DNA from: a virus
Taxonomy: Duplodnaviria > Heunggongvirae > Uroviricota > Caudoviricetes
Reading direction: 5' to 3' (one strand)
Virus record (IMG/VR): IMGVR_UViG_3300001605_000025
Location: 1 to 64,000 of that record
DNA length: 64,000 nt
Shown: positions 1 to 11,128 of the stretch, one piece after another
Layout of the letters: each line of letters opens with the position of its first letter
Numbering within the stretch: the stretch's first letter is position 1
Program-made: the position numbers and the translations under genes
Notes under the pieces: model-generated
Told to the model about the DNA's origin: nothing
The model's database searches: none
The model's input: only the letters and a program-made list of their open reading frames with translations

Positions 1-900
1 ATACCATCCCAAATCATAAATTCACAATCTGCTTTCCCTTCCCCTCTGCAACATCGGTAAAAAGGTTCCCGCTGCTGTGCGTCGGGGGTCATGGGATACC
101 TCTCGGACACTTCTTTAATTGTCTTGCGGTATTACAATGCCCGTATATTGCATCATTGTGTTTACACCTATTCCCTTGATATCCCGCCATAGCATTTTCA
201 TCATGATATTCAATATCTGGACATTCACGTTCCGGCTGCTGTGTGTCAGTCATCGTTTCCACCTCGGGATAGCACCACGAGATTTATTCAAACATACTCC
301 ATGAAGATTGCAATATTTTTGCAATAGTTCGTCAGGAACCTTTTGCGGTATATCTTTTGGAAGACTTACTGAACATGTCATACTCGGACATAGATTACAT
401 ATAGCATCACTCATTGTTATCTCTCCGTTTCCGTTCTCGATCAACAATTCGTTTCTCAGATTCTGGTAATCCGTTATACCAGTCGTCCCAAAGTTTCTGA
501 CGTTCCTCCTCAGTCATCGGAGGCTTATTGATTAGCTTCTTAAAGTCAACCATGAGTCACCTCCCGATTAAAGAAGTCCGGATCCTTCTTAAATATTGGA
601 CACCAGAAGATAACGATTAACCATTCAAAGAACGATAACCGTCCAAACTGCTGGCAACCGTTCACATAGAAGATACATCGTTTACATCTCATCGTTTATC
701 ACCATAATCGAAATAACAAAGTGTGCAACCTTCTCCATCCCATGCTCGACAACGATTACCGGGTTCAATATCGAATCGTCTAAACGGTACACCAACTCTA
801 CATACGGTACCGTTTCCAAAGATCCTAAACGGACAGTAAAGTCCACCCTCCCACTTCTCATCAACCATCTTAATCACCTAGCTCTTCGTCTTTAAAAAAT

Positions 901-1800
901 TTAGTTGGGTGAGTCTACATTCTTGAACAACGGTAACCCGTTATCGTTCACTGGAATATAGATTGCCTTCGGATTAGTCTTCATCGTTTCCAACCAATAC
1001 CACTGTAAGTACTGTTCAGATAACGATCCGGCGATAATCTTGTTCGCATCAGCGATACCTTGAGCTTCAGCTCTCATACGGTTTGATTCCATCTCCTGGA
1101 CACTAACTTCATTCTGCTTGGTCTTAATCTTAGTCTCCATATTCATCTGATCAGTTCGTGCATTCGTGAATTCAGGTGGAAACTCAATATTCCGTATATA
1201 GAACTGCTCAATCGTTATGGAGTCCTTAACCCCAACGTTGTTAATACGCTCACGTACAGCGTCACCCATTCTCTGTTCAACTAACAGTCTGTCTGCTCCA
1301 CCAGTACTTGCAGAATACAACGTCTTAGCATCATACTGAGACATTACATCCCTCGGCACAGTATGCATAGGGTCCCTAAGTACTGTCGTAATATAATCAG
1401 TTCCTACAGTCTTATAAACCTCTACGGCTTTATTTGGATTCAGATGATAGTTCATTGTGACACCAATCGTAGTCTTTAGGGCTTCATTAGATAGTCCAAC
1501 GATGGTAGCTACATCATTAGTCCCATAGTCTATGTACTTCTGTGTCTGAACGGACATAGGGATTATCCTCGTGAACGGGAACTTCAAGTGAAATCCAGGT
1601 TCAAGAACGTTATCGTTAACAGTTCCGAACGTATCCTGAATTCCAACATGTCCAGCTGGAACAGTTGTTATACAGTTCAATAGTAACGGTAATACTATGA
1701 ACGTCCCTATAACTCCAACAAAGAGTACTCCCAGTACTCTTAACGGTCTCGGTTCTCCATACTTATCTCGAAAGAATGATTGTCTCCGATTGTCTTCCAT
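901..1800 (-). CDS. SPFH/band-7 (prohibitin/HflK-like) membrane protein
   Basis: 299 aa; N-terminal TM helix (LGVLFVGVIGTFIVLPLLL) followed by an SPFH-like beta/alpha core and a coiled-coil region (EVSVQEMESNRMRAEAQGIADANKIIAG) typical of the stomatin/prohibitin/HflKC family. Confidence 0.6.
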   Translation of the reverse strand: MEDNRRQSFFRDKYGEPRPLRVLGVLFVGVIGTFIVLPLLLNCITTVPAGHVGIQDTFGTVNDNVLEPGFHLKFPFTRIIPMSVQTQKYIDYGTNDVATIVGLSNEALKTTIGVTMNYHLNPNKAVEVYKTVGTDYITTVLRDPMHTVPRDVMSQYDAKTLYSASTGGADRLLVEQRMGDAVRERINNVGVKDSITIEQFYIRNIEFPPEFTNARTDQMNMETKIKTKQNEVSVQEMESNRMRAEAQGIADANKIIAGSLSEQYLQWYWLETMKTNPKAIYIPVNDNGLPLFKNVDSPN

Positions 1801-2445
1801 GTCTACACCTGGGCTTTCGCCCAGATGTAAAGTGGACTGATAGGTTCGACCCTAATCAGCCCGTAAATATCTAAGATCTCATTATATGACCAAGAAACAT
1901 TGCTGACAGCATGCCAACTCGTGGTCTTGAAGCAGTTTCTAGAATATCTAAACATTGTGACTTTGTTCGAACGTTCGGATCTCTGCATAAGTCAACTAGC
2001 GTTTGACATTCCATCACCTCTTCAGGTGTCATATTATATGCCTCATGAATTTCCATGTTTAATCCTCCCGAGTGTCCACCATAGTATATGGTTCACCAAG
2101 TTCGTTCAACTTTCGTTTCCAGAGGTCAATCTCCCGATCATCAATCTTAAACTCAAGTTTCGTCTTAGTCATTGTGACTATAATCGTCTCATGTTTTAAT
2201 CGTTCATTGATTGCTTTATCCAGATCAATATACTGCTCCGTCATTAGAACTCCTCTTGTCTAACTAATTCATATACCTCAATTACCACAGGTACTAGATC
2301 TCGTCCACATTTATTCGATTGTCTATTCAACTCCGTAACAATAGCATATTTTGATCGTCCAGACTGGACCATCTTTAGCACCGTAGTTAGTAACCGTACA
2401 TGAAAAAGTTTTTTTGTATCATCAGTTAGTCCTATCGCAACGATA

Positions 2446-2946
2446 TTATCCTGCAGTACGATCGCAAGATTGTCCCTTTTCGTCATCTAGTAGACTCCCG
2501 AACGTTGTGAATGATTTCACTGCGAACACACTCTGTCCCTTTCGTGAAACAGATTCCGGACTACTGTTCGGAGCAACAAAATTCCACCGTTTAATCAGTG
2601 AAGCTGCAATACCCGATACAATATATATTATATCTTCTCGTATTGGATCCGGTAATCCTTTGAACTCAGGTTTACCAACATACCGTTTAATAACAGTTCC
2701 GTTCGCAACGTATATCACCTGTTCCTTTTGTTTCACACGTAACGGAAAATTTGCAGGTGGATACTCTGCAAGTACCCGCCCGTCAGTTGCGATCCTCCGT
2801 ATAATGTGGGGTGTTTTATTCTCCCAACCGTTTATCTTCATCAGTCCATCTCCGAGCTCTCTCTTTAGCAGCTGGTATACCACCTTCAATGTATCCTTTC
2901 GTCTTGTGTTTACATTCCGAACATAAGTATCCAGTAAATGGATCAA
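2446..2946 (-). CDS. hypothetical protein
   Basis: 166-aa ORF on the strand of the surrounding leftward block; overlapping + strand ORF 2414-2926 judged antisense. Confidence 0.4.
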   Translation of the reverse strand: MIHLLDTYVRNVNTRRKDTLKVVYQLLKRELGDGLMKINGWENKTPHIIRRIATDGRVLAEYPPANFPLRVKQKEQVIYVANGTVIKRYVGKPEFKGLPDPIREDIIYIVSGIAASLIKRWNFVAPNSSPESVSRKGQSVFAVKSFTTFGSLLDDEKGQSCDRTAG

Positions 2947-3073
2947 TTAATATCGTTCCATCTTCTTTAGTATGTGTGATCAATCCTTCAACGCATCCGT
3001 TTATCTGACTCTCCCGAATCAACGATCCACAACAGAAGCATACTGCTGTAGCTGGTAGGTAGTCACTTCTCAT
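2816..3073 (-). CDS. Cys-rich zinc-ribbon protein
   Basis: 85 aa with CFCCGS...CSEC cysteine pairs. Confidence 0.35.
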   Translation of the reverse strand: MRSDYLPATAVCFCCGSLIRESQINGCVEGLITHTKEDGTILIDPFTGYLCSECKHKTKGYIEGGIPAAKERARRWTDEDKRLGE

Positions 3074-3075
3074 AG

Positions 3076-3453
3076 TTATTCCTCACTAGTCTTCCGTCTT
3101 GTAATGTACCCAGCTACCACATCGTAGCCCCACGTATTCAACGTTCTTACTGGAATATCAGGGATTCCATATCCTGTCATTCGTAAGGAAGCTAAATTTA
3201 AGCACTGAATAAATACTTGTGCATCCAATCGATCGCTCTCTTTAGATAGTTGTCCATATGCTTCGTTAACCAACCGCCTTAGCTCCACGTTCGTTATGAC
3301 TTTCTTGTGTACACCCCAACACTGGTCTAAGGTGTTACCGTATTCCAGTCCGCATCCAGTACAGTAGCCAACCTTCTGGAGTTTATCTCTGTAGGCTTGT
3401 CGTACCACTGAATGGCAGAATGGACAGTAACCCATGATACGTTCGTTAGACAT
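3076..3453 (-). CDS. zinc-finger protein
   Basis: 125 aa; CPFC ... CTGCG motifs (C4 zinc ribbon) at N-terminus. Confidence 0.45.
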   Translation of the reverse strand: MSNERIMGYCPFCHSVVRQAYRDKLQKVGYCTGCGLEYGNTLDQCWGVHKKVITNVELRRLVNEAYGQLSKESDRLDAQVFIQCLNLASLRMTGYGIPDIPVRTLNTWGYDVVAGYITRRKTSEE

Positions 3454-3478
3454 AAACGATACCTCTCAGAGGTACCGT

Positions 3479-3832
3479 TTAAGCCTTCCGAACGATGTAT
3501 GCAACGTTTCCTTCCTTGATGATCTCGTAGTCACCCTTTTCTACTGCAGACCGGATAGATGAGTTCTGTACCCTGGTGTCTCCATCTTCAGTCTTCTCGA
3601 GACCAAATTTCAGGTCTACCAGGCGCTTCAATGTCGCAACACTGATCTTGTCTTTTCCAGCTGCAAACAGTTCATCACGGTACTCGCGAATCTGATCGGC
3701 AGATACACTTGCCTGTCCAGACTTCCGGACCTTCCTCTCTGCATCGATCTTGTCGTACAGATCTCCGAGTTCCATTACATCCGCATTTTCGATACTGGGT
3801 GCCGGAGCGCCCTTCTTGCTTGCTTTAGGCAT
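3479..3832 (-). CDS. hypothetical lysine-rich protein (start adjusted to internal Met with AGGAGAG SD)
   Basis: ORF track 3479-3946; Met39 (MPKASKK) is preceded by AGGAGAGACGAAAAC so true start likely 3832. Confidence 0.45.
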   Translation of the reverse strand: MPKASKKGAPAPSIENADVMELGDLYDKIDAERKVRKSGQASVSADQIREYRDELFAAGKDKISVATLKRLVDLKFGLEKTEDGDTRVQNSSIRSAVEKGDYEIIKEGNVAYIVRKA

Positions 3833-3911
3833 GTTTTCGTCTCTCCTGTTCAGGCCTTTCACCTGTGCTGCCCGGAAATGTTTCCGTTTCCGGGTTTCAG
3901 CCAAATAAAGG

Positions 3912-4196
3912 TTATAAAGTAATAGGTACAGCTCTACCCTGTACAAATTTCATTGGTGGGGTTGCTCCCATTGCCTGGTCTATAGTATTCTTGATTATAA
4001 ATGCATCCTCTCTAGTGTTAGCTTTAAACACTATGTATCCTTCACCTACCACTTGGACTCTCCAATGATCGTAATGACTAACTCCATCATCAGGTGGAAA
4101 GATGATAATGGATTTTATTGCATCCACTCTCATCTGGTTGAAATTATGTCCGTTGTCAAACGCTATCATTCCAGTTGGTAATACTTCGATTTTCAT
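3912..4196 (-). CDS. hypothetical protein
   Basis: 94-aa ORF in leftward block. Confidence 0.35.
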   Translation of the reverse strand: MKIEVLPTGMIAFDNGHNFNQMRVDAIKSIIIFPPDDGVSHYDHWRVQVVGEGYIVFKANTREDAFIIKNTIDQAMGATPPMKFVQGRAVPITL

Positions 4197-4208
4197 AGAA
4201 CGATCCTC

Positions 4209-4487
4209 TCAGTCATGCTCAAACAGTTTCCTGAGCGTATCCCGTCTCGTTATACGGTCCTGGTCCTTCAATGCTTGCATCACAATGATAACTTCTATCT
4301 TTGTGAAGTTATCGTACAGGAGCTGTGCAAATCCAGACCTGCAGTCAGGGTACAATTTATCTTCGTGCCTAACAAGCCTGTTGTACTTCCTCATGATTTG
4401 TTCGAGACGTTCCTTGGTCATTCCCATAGCAATCGGATAATCATTGCTTTCATGATTCCACACAATCTGTTCGTTTTCTGGTTCCAT
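4209..4487 (-). CDS. hypothetical protein
   Basis: 92-aa ORF in leftward block. Confidence 0.35.
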   Translation of the reverse strand: MEPENEQIVWNHESNDYPIAMGMTKERLEQIMRKYNRLVRHEDKLYPDCRSGFAQLLYDNFTKIEVIIVMQALKDQDRITRRDTLRKLFEHD

Positions 4488-5002
4488 AGTTTCACCTACA
4501 AATTATCTTCATTACAAATATCACATTCTTCAGGATCATTCCCATGAATGCACATATCTGGTAGTTGTTCATCATTCATTACATCTTCAAGTTCATCTTC
4601 AGGAAGACTTCCATCTTCCGTCATCAACGGAACAATTACTGATGCTATCAGTTCGATCATCTAGCTCACCGTATCAGACCATAAATGAACATTGTTTAGT
4701 TCTTCAATCACATGATCAAGTGGTTCAGTCTCATCACTATAACTACAGTCTGCTCTGAGGTCCTCAAGATCAAGAATGATCCTTTTCAGTCTTGTGCTTA
4801 GACTCATGTTGTCTCCTTTCCTGGTAGATCTCAACCATAGCTTTTGCTCCGTGCATGAATGCACGTTGGAACAACTGCATCTGTTCCGGATCGTTGATTG
4901 ATTCGTTATTAGCTACGGTTAAGCATTTCATCTGTAATCTGATAAATGCAGTTCTCGCTTCATCACTTAATCGTTTTGATTTATCCAAATCATCCATTAC
5001 GA

Positions 5003-6196
5003 TCACTCCATCGGTTCTTTAATCTCTTTGAATGCTTTCAGAATATTCTTCGTTGTTAACGAGTCACCGTAAATAATACAGTTCTCGAACGCAGCGCGGA
5101 TATCTGATCCGCTCGCATCTCTCAGTTCTTTACAGAGCCAATCAACATCAACATCAGCTTCGTAGCGTCCTGCATAAAACGCTACAATCATACGTCTCTT
5201 CTCATCTGTCGGCTTCTGTACTTTAATTGCAGGACCTAAACGTCCCACCCTCAGTAATGCTTCATCCAGATCAGCTGCTCGATTTGTTGTCGCGATGAAC
5301 TTAACATGTCCGATATCTCCAACACCATCGAGAACACGTAACAGCTTGAAGACTTTCTCTCTATCTACAGCTCGTGTAAGTCCGTTCTCATCAATCTCAT
5401 CCGCAACAATCAACGCACTTTTTCCGAGGAATCTCATCAGTTTATCGAGTGCTTTCACGAAGTCCTCCCAGGTATCCGAATCAGACCCTAACGGATAGTG
5501 TATCCAGTCCGGAGTTCTCCGTATGATCTCCTTCACGATCTCACTCTTTCCACAACCTGGGGATCCATGTAGTAAAATGTGTCGGTTGATCAATCTTGGA
5601 TCAGTTGTTGTAATCGTAGCGAGAATCCGTTCAATTGTTTTTTCCTCACCAACCAATTCGATACTACCCTCCTCAAGCGTCATGACTTTGCTGAGTGCTG
5701 CGAATATGATCGTCTTCAACGGTTCGAGAGCTTCCTTGTATCCGCTGATGTATAGCACCGACAGTATGTTTATCATACTCTCGTACTTTGAATCGTTCTC
5801 GAACTCGATATACGTTCCTGGTGGAAACTTCTCACATTGCCTATTCGGATCTCCATATACCCGTGAAGTTGTACTGAACCATCCACCACGTCCACCGATC
5901 TTGGTAGATATGAAAGGTCCACTAATACTAACATTAATGAACGGGTGGCACTTCAGATATTTCAGTGGACTATCGGTACCATCTTCATCATCATCATCAC
6001 TGATGGTCCTCATATTCTTTACTGGAGTTGTTATCCGGAAATATGTACCAATCATAGGTCCGAACATTCCTGGAGACATACCTACATATAGATTCTCCGT
6101 ATCAACGAGCTTCCCGATCACTTTGATCGCATCGTTGATTACTTTCATATTACTCTCCAGCTTTGTGGTTTTACCGGTATACGTTAACTCAGTCAT
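5003..6196 (-). CDS. AAA+ ATPase (classical AAA clade) with unknown N-terminal domain
   Basis: Walker A GSPGCGKS, Walker B LIVADEIDE, second region of homology ATTNRAADLDEALLRVGRL (arginine fingers) in C-terminal half; ~190-aa N-terminal domain unassigned. Confidence 0.75.
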   Translation of the reverse strand: MTELTYTGKTTKLESNMKVINDAIKVIGKLVDTENLYVGMSPGMFGPMIGTYFRITTPVKNMRTISDDDDEDGTDSPLKYLKCHPFINVSISGPFISTKIGGRGGWFSTTSRVYGDPNRQCEKFPPGTYIEFENDSKYESMINILSVLYISGYKEALEPLKTIIFAALSKVMTLEEGSIELVGEEKTIERILATITTTDPRLINRHILLHGSPGCGKSEIVKEIIRRTPDWIHYPLGSDSDTWEDFVKALDKLMRFLGKSALIVADEIDENGLTRAVDREKVFKLLRVLDGVGDIGHVKFIATTNRAADLDEALLRVGRLGPAIKVQKPTDEKRRMIVAFYAGRYEADVDVDWLCKELRDASGSDIRAAFENCIIYGDSLTTKNILKAFKEIKEPME

Positions 6197-6200
6197 CTTA

Positions 6201-6470
6201 TCACCTTATATGTCCTTTGATCAACACACCTTTCCGTCTTGGAGCCTTCCCGCTAACAAGTTTCCGTCCACATCCAGGTAACGGACACTTGTGATCTAGT
6301 TCCGGATGAGCCGTTAGATGTTGATAGGCCATGAATCCATGATCGTGATGCAAGTAGTAAAACGTAACGTCTATTGGTTTGTCCTCCCAATCAGTCGTTT
6401 CGTATATACGTGTTGTATCACTATCGGACTTCAGTTTCATCTCTTTAATACTGATAGTCATACGATACAC
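6201..6470 (-). CDS. hypothetical protein (His/Cys-rich, possible zinc-binding)
   Basis: 89 aa, HHDHGFMAYQH ... CPLPGCGRK. Confidence 0.35.
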   Translation of the reverse strand: MYRMTISIKEMKLKSDSDTTRIYETTDWEDKPIDVTFYYLHHDHGFMAYQHLTAHPELDHKCPLPGCGRKLVSGKAPRRKGVLIKGHIR

Positions 6471-6742
6471 CCGTGTTTCATCAGTATATTCATCAGTTCA
6501 ACGGCACCTGTATTAAACGCTGCTTCGTACATCAAACGTTCACCGGTAGTTAGTGTGAATCCCAGATCGTTGATTCTAGTTACTCTCGCGGCAATTAGTT
6601 CTTCAGTTATCTGTTTTGCATCCATTCATTGCCTCCCGTTCGTGTATCATCTTGTGGGCATCGATCCGACGTAAGCCCACACGTCTCCGTTCATCGGTAG
6701 CGATTAGGATCTTCGCTGTGCATATCGGACAGGTATATATTA

Positions 6743-7144
6743 TCATGGTATGATCCTGAAGTCTGGTAATCTCGTCGTTACCGCGGTAACGATTTTATCA
6801 ATATCCAGGCCTTCGCCATTATTGTTGATCGCGTGGTGAATTGCATGTTCAGTACATCCTTCTAGTTGACCAAGCTGGTAGGCTCTCAGTATTGCTACCA
6901 GTTTACTGAGGTTCTGGTGGCAAACATCAGAGTATAACAACCAGATCTTGTCCTCGTAAATATCGAGTGAGTCCATCATCAAGATGGCTCCGAGTCCACC
7001 CATTGAACGTGGATCGATAACATCACCCTGTTTAATCAGTTCGGCACATACTCGTACCGCTCCTGGGTTCCCGTTGCTCATCTTCATTATGCCATCGAAT
7101 GTTGTCATGTTCAAATCGTTAATTCTTGGGTTGTCGTATGACAT
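6743..7144 (-). CDS. hypothetical protein
   Basis: 133-aa ORF, leftward block. Confidence 0.35.
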   Translation of the reverse strand: MSYDNPRINDLNMTTFDGIMKMSNGNPGAVRVCAELIKQGDVIDPRSMGGLGAILMMDSLDIYEDKIWLLYSDVCHQNLSKLVAILRAYQLGQLEGCTEHAIHHAINNNGEGLDIDKIVTAVTTRLPDFRIIP

Positions 7145-8120
7145 GTTGTTACCTCTTAGTCTAATCGTTTAACTTTTACGATCTCCCTTAGATCTACATC
7201 ATCATGGTAACCACGCGGATCAGTCGCCATGTAGAAACACTCCACTACCATATCTTCAAATGATAGATCTTCTGGATTGATCTCCTGATAGTCAGCGATA
7301 ACAGGTCTCAGTCTCTCCAGTTGGTCGTCTGGTATCTCAACCTGGAAGATCATATAACTTTCGCTCCTAGAATCTCATACGCACGCTTGACATCGTCAAG
7401 TGTTGGAATTCCTTGGAAGTCGTTCAGTATTCCAGTCTCTGGATCTATAATCCAGTGGAACGTCTCATCGATATCAAGACTATCGATCTCAGTATCGGAC
7501 ATCGTTCCTACATCAGCATACAGTACGTTAGCTATCACTAACGGATTGTATATCCTTGGGTCTTTCATTTCAGTCACCGTTTACTGGTATTTAGTGCCGT
7601 ACAGTCGTACTGCTGCTACTCTGGTAATCTTATCTTGAACACTACCAACTTCACGTTGTAGTGTCACATATCTTAGTACAGCCATTTCAAATAGTTGATC
7701 CTGTTGTGGAGTTGTTTCACCAAGTATTGATTGTATGGTGTATTGAGCAAGTACGTTCGCTAACGTGATTGAAAGTAGTTCGTCAACTGTAAATTCCATG
7801 CTCACTTCATGATCCCTCATATTGATCAGTCCCTCCGATTCGGGTAATACCGTTCCGTTTTGCAATCCTTACACTGTACATGTTCCCCACCCGTTCTGGT
7901 ATTACGTACCGTCACGTTGGTGGATCCACACTTGTAACACTTGTTATGCATTGAAACCTCGTTATATCATTACACTTCGGCTACCATTTTCATTAGTGCT
8001 TTGTCCAACTGTTGGTCATCAAGCTCTCCATTTTTTGCTAACTGCTTCAAGAAGGTTGTAGCACCTTCTTTAGTAGATAGATTGAGTTTCATGAACTCAT
8101 CAAACTGTTTCGCTTCCATG

Positions 8121-8519
8121 TTACGTCTCCTTTGGTTCCCAATCCCTCGGGTGTATATGCCTCGTTATATCGTGCACAACACCGTCATCGGTGGTATACT
8201 GTGTCAGTAATGTATCGCCAGTCATCCACGTTGTCTTCGAGTCGAGATACTGTGCGTTGAACAGTTCTCCAATTAGATCGTCCATTAGTACACAGATTAA
8301 CGTTGCCTGGTCTTGCTCGACTAGCTTGTTCAGAATCTTGCCGATCTTAGCTTGTGCCTTATAGTACGCTTTTCGATTAGCAAGTGGATACGTTGCATCG
8401 TTCACATCGAACATGTTGTGTTCCCACATGTTGGCTAGCTTCTTTATCTGATCAACGTGTAGTGACCGGTTAACGATTGCCTGGTTGAGCATCGTTTCAG
8501 ACTTCGTATATCCAGTCAT
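8121..8519 (-). CDS. hypothetical protein
   Basis: 132-aa ORF. Confidence 0.35.
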   Translation of the reverse strand: MTGYTKSETMLNQAIVNRSLHVDQIKKLANMWEHNMFDVNDATYPLANRKAYYKAQAKIGKILNKLVEQDQATLICVLMDDLIGELFNAQYLDSKTTWMTGDTLLTQYTTDDGVVHDITRHIHPRDWEPKET

Positions 8520-8809
8520 ACGTTCTCCAGTAGCTTTTTCTTATCGTTGTCAGACACCCAGATCTCGTTATGTCCACACGATCCCTTACACAGATACGGG
8601 TAACAGTGTTTCACTGCATGACAGGACATCTCAGGTACATCTGGACATGTTTCGTTCATTAACGGACATCGAGCGTCATCCCAGAACCTCATTACTTCTT
8701 CGAGGAAATTAATCCTACGTATTGCCCAGTCTGGAACATCATTCCAGTCACCAGACAGATGATCTGCATATCCGTCCGGATACTTTGGCTGTACTTTTTC
8801 ACGGTTCAT
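8516..8809 (-). CDS. Cys-rich hypothetical protein
   Basis: 97 aa with CPLMNETCP ... CHAVKHCYPYLCKGSCGH cysteine/histidine cluster. Confidence 0.4.
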   Translation of the reverse strand: MNREKVQPKYPDGYADHLSGDWNDVPDWAIRRINFLEEVMRFWDDARCPLMNETCPDVPEMSCHAVKHCYPYLCKGSCGHNEIWVSDNDKKKLLENV

Positions 8810-9130
8810 TTGGTCTCACCGACACTACGTTTGTTTCATACTCCCAGTCATACTGAACATACGTGCAAGGAATTAGTGCATTCTTACACGCTTCAGCAAC
8901 CTTCTCTTGAAGGTTTGCTTGTGTACATCCTTCTATCCGAAGAAGCATTCCCTGGACGAACACTCTAGATGCATCAGTGATTATTGCACCGTAAACTTCT
9001 TCCAGATCACCATCGTGATATTTTGTACCGTCAGATACAAAATATATCGTCATGGTATCGCACCCCACATAGTTCTACGAAACGCATAGTATACGCCTCG
9101 TACCGTCATACTCATAGCTCGAAACATAGT

Positions 9131-9466
9131 TTAGTCCTCTTTACTGTACTTCTCGATCAGTTGATCGAGTTCTACATAGAATTCTTTCGGAAACTGTTTC
9201 TTCGGTGCAGTCGAACGAGCTTCTGGTATTACCTTCGATTCGTCCAAGTATGCACACTCTCTCCAGAGTTCGAATACTCCAACTACTGGTCCGGAATCTT
9301 CCAGTATCTCGATCAGCTCTCCAACGTCAGATGTTACGATCTGGTTGAACCCAGTATCATCACATTCTTCAGGATCGGGCCACTTATATACAAACGTATA
9401 TAATCGACCGTACTTATCAACTAACCGTACACCTAACGGGTCGTTCGTACTATATGTTTCATCCAT
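9131..9466 (-). CDS. hypothetical protein
   Basis: 111-aa ORF. Confidence 0.35.
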   Translation of the reverse strand: MDETYSTNDPLGVRLVDKYGRLYTFVYKWPDPEECDDTGFNQIVTSDVGELIEILEDSGPVVGVFELWRECAYLDESKVIPEARSTAPKKQFPKEFYVELDQLIEKYSKED

Positions 9467-9468
9467 GA

Positions 9469-9978
9469 TTAGTCCTCCAGATTGATAATCTCGTACGTTA
9501 GCCCGTACATTCGCTTCTTTGTTCGTACTTCGCTACTTCTTTCATATGAACCAGTTAGTCCATCGAACCGTTCGAATAGTTCCCACTCATCGGAAATCTG
9601 TTCTTTCAGTCTTCGAACTTTCAGACACATCGTTCTCCATACAACATTATAGATGTAACATTTCGGTTTGAACGGAATACGTTTCCACTCAAACTTCTGT
9701 TCATGACAACGTAGAACTATGTTCGCGATATGTTCTTCGGAACAGTCAAAATTCAGTCTCGTTGTACCCTCATAGTAGAATGTTAGTTCCTCCATCACGT
9801 TCAGTTGAAATGATATGTTCGTCGGTGCGTTCTTATTGAACTCTCTCGTGGCTTCGGGCGACAGTTTATCTTTGGTCTCAGATGATCTAGATGCTCTTGA
9901 CCGTCGTGAACGATCAACATCATCATACAGTTTCTTTATTCTGTTCCATTTTTCTTGATCTGTTTCATCTAGTACCAT
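9469..9978 (-). CDS. hypothetical protein (first gene of the leftward early block)
   Basis: 169 aa; AT-rich promoter-like region 9980-10060 immediately upstream. Confidence 0.4.
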   Translation of the reverse strand: MVLDETDQEKWNRIKKLYDDVDRSRRSRASRSSETKDKLSPEATREFNKNAPTNISFQLNVMEELTFYYEGTTRLNFDCSEEHIANIVLRCHEQKFEWKRIPFKPKCYIYNVVWRTMCLKVRRLKEQISDEWELFERFDGLTGSYERSSEVRTKKRMYGLTYEIINLED

Positions 9979-10189
9979 GTTGACCTCTCGATCATATTCT
10001 CATTCTTATCTATCGTATATATATTAAACTTGTTCTCATATATAAGTATAGGTTCTCGCAATTAACCGTTAAGATGGTTATTACCATTCAGGCTCTCTAT
10101 ACCAACAAAATGTTTATTATATATAGTCCGGTAGTTTGCATGATAACGGTAGTGGCGCAGATGATGGAACTTAACGGTCTGTGAACTGT

Positions 10190-10500
10190 TGTAGGGAATC
10201 TTTCCTTTTAGAGGGTAGATCGGCTTTTGTCGGTGTGTCTTGCGGTCCTTCGGTCCGGAGCTCCGTAATTTCCCATGGGTATAGCTCTGCGTCGGGGATT
10301 GCATAGCACCCCTCGTAATCCATCTTACGAATCTTAATCTTCGTAATGACCCGTTTAATAGTGTGTTCGCTCCTTCGTCTGCACGCTTGCTCGATAATAA
10401 GGTTGGTCGTCCTTCATCCCCCGCATGCCTCTTCAGTTCGGCGGTAACCAGATTGAACGGTCGGTCGGTCGGGCCTCCTCCTAACGTCAGGAGTACCCCT
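10190..10500. other. GC-rich (~55% GC) ORF-free island, candidate structured ncRNA or cis element
   Basis: No ORF of 60 aa or more on either strand except a low-complexity 80-aa frame; local GC far above the ~41% background; palindromes (CGGAGCTCCG, CGGGG..CCCCTCG), CGGT x3 tandem, ends in A9 run at 10503-10511. Confidence 0.3.
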
Positions 10501-10636
10501 TTAACAAAAAAAAATTATGGTGTTACTTGCCTGTCATCTTAGCGGCAGATACGCTTTGTTTCCACTCATCCAGGACTTCACACCATTCACTCCACATAGC
10601 GGCTTTGACCGCAGGGTAGTCATGCATACTACCTCG

Positions 10637-10945
10637 TTACTTCTTTGCGGCCTGGTCCTTCTTCTTTGGAGCCTCGTACCTGAACACGTTGTGCGCTACT
10701 TCTTTGAACCCTGCCTTTCCGTCCATTGCGTACTTAACAGTCATCCAGTTGACCTTCACCTTGGGCTCATCACCAGTCTTGCCTTCATTCAGGCCAGCAT
10801 CAAGCCATGCCCTCAGTTTTGCAACTGTGTAGTCCTGGCCATCCGCCATGATCTCCTTCAAGATCTTGTTGTACCTGGCTACTGATTCAGTCTTCGACCT
10901 TCCGCGCACTTCAACGTTTGCCTTGATTGCATTCCAGTCTGTCAT
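10637..10945 (-). CDS. hypothetical basic protein
   Basis: 102 aa, lysine-rich C-terminus; overlapping + ORF 10517-10885 judged spurious. Confidence 0.4.
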   Translation of the reverse strand: MTDWNAIKANVEVRGRSKTESVARYNKILKEIMADGQDYTVAKLRAWLDAGLNEGKTGDEPKVKVNWMTVKYAMDGKAGFKEVAHNVFRYEAPKKKDQAAKK

Positions 10946-11128
10946 GCTTTACTCCTTGGCACCCTTTTTTGTGCCACATGCTTCACAAATTTCTTCATCG
11001 ATACACACACTTTGATATCATCGGTCGGCTTGCCCAGTGCTAGTTGGCAACGCGTCATCCCCAATCTATCATTCAACAGGTCAGGACATCCATCACACTT
11101 CATCCTTCATCCCCCCTTTTATTTTCAA

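Noticed and set aside
2414-2926. 170-aa + strand ORF
   Set aside because: Antisense overlap with a minus-strand gene in a uniformly leftward block; Ser/Phe-rich low-complexity product.
5523-6281. 252-aa + strand ORF
   Set aside because: Antisense to the AAA ATPase gene; low-complexity Ser-rich translation.
10517-10885. 122-aa + strand ORF
   Set aside because: Overlaps the minus-strand 10637-10945 gene, which has the better codon pattern; no SD.
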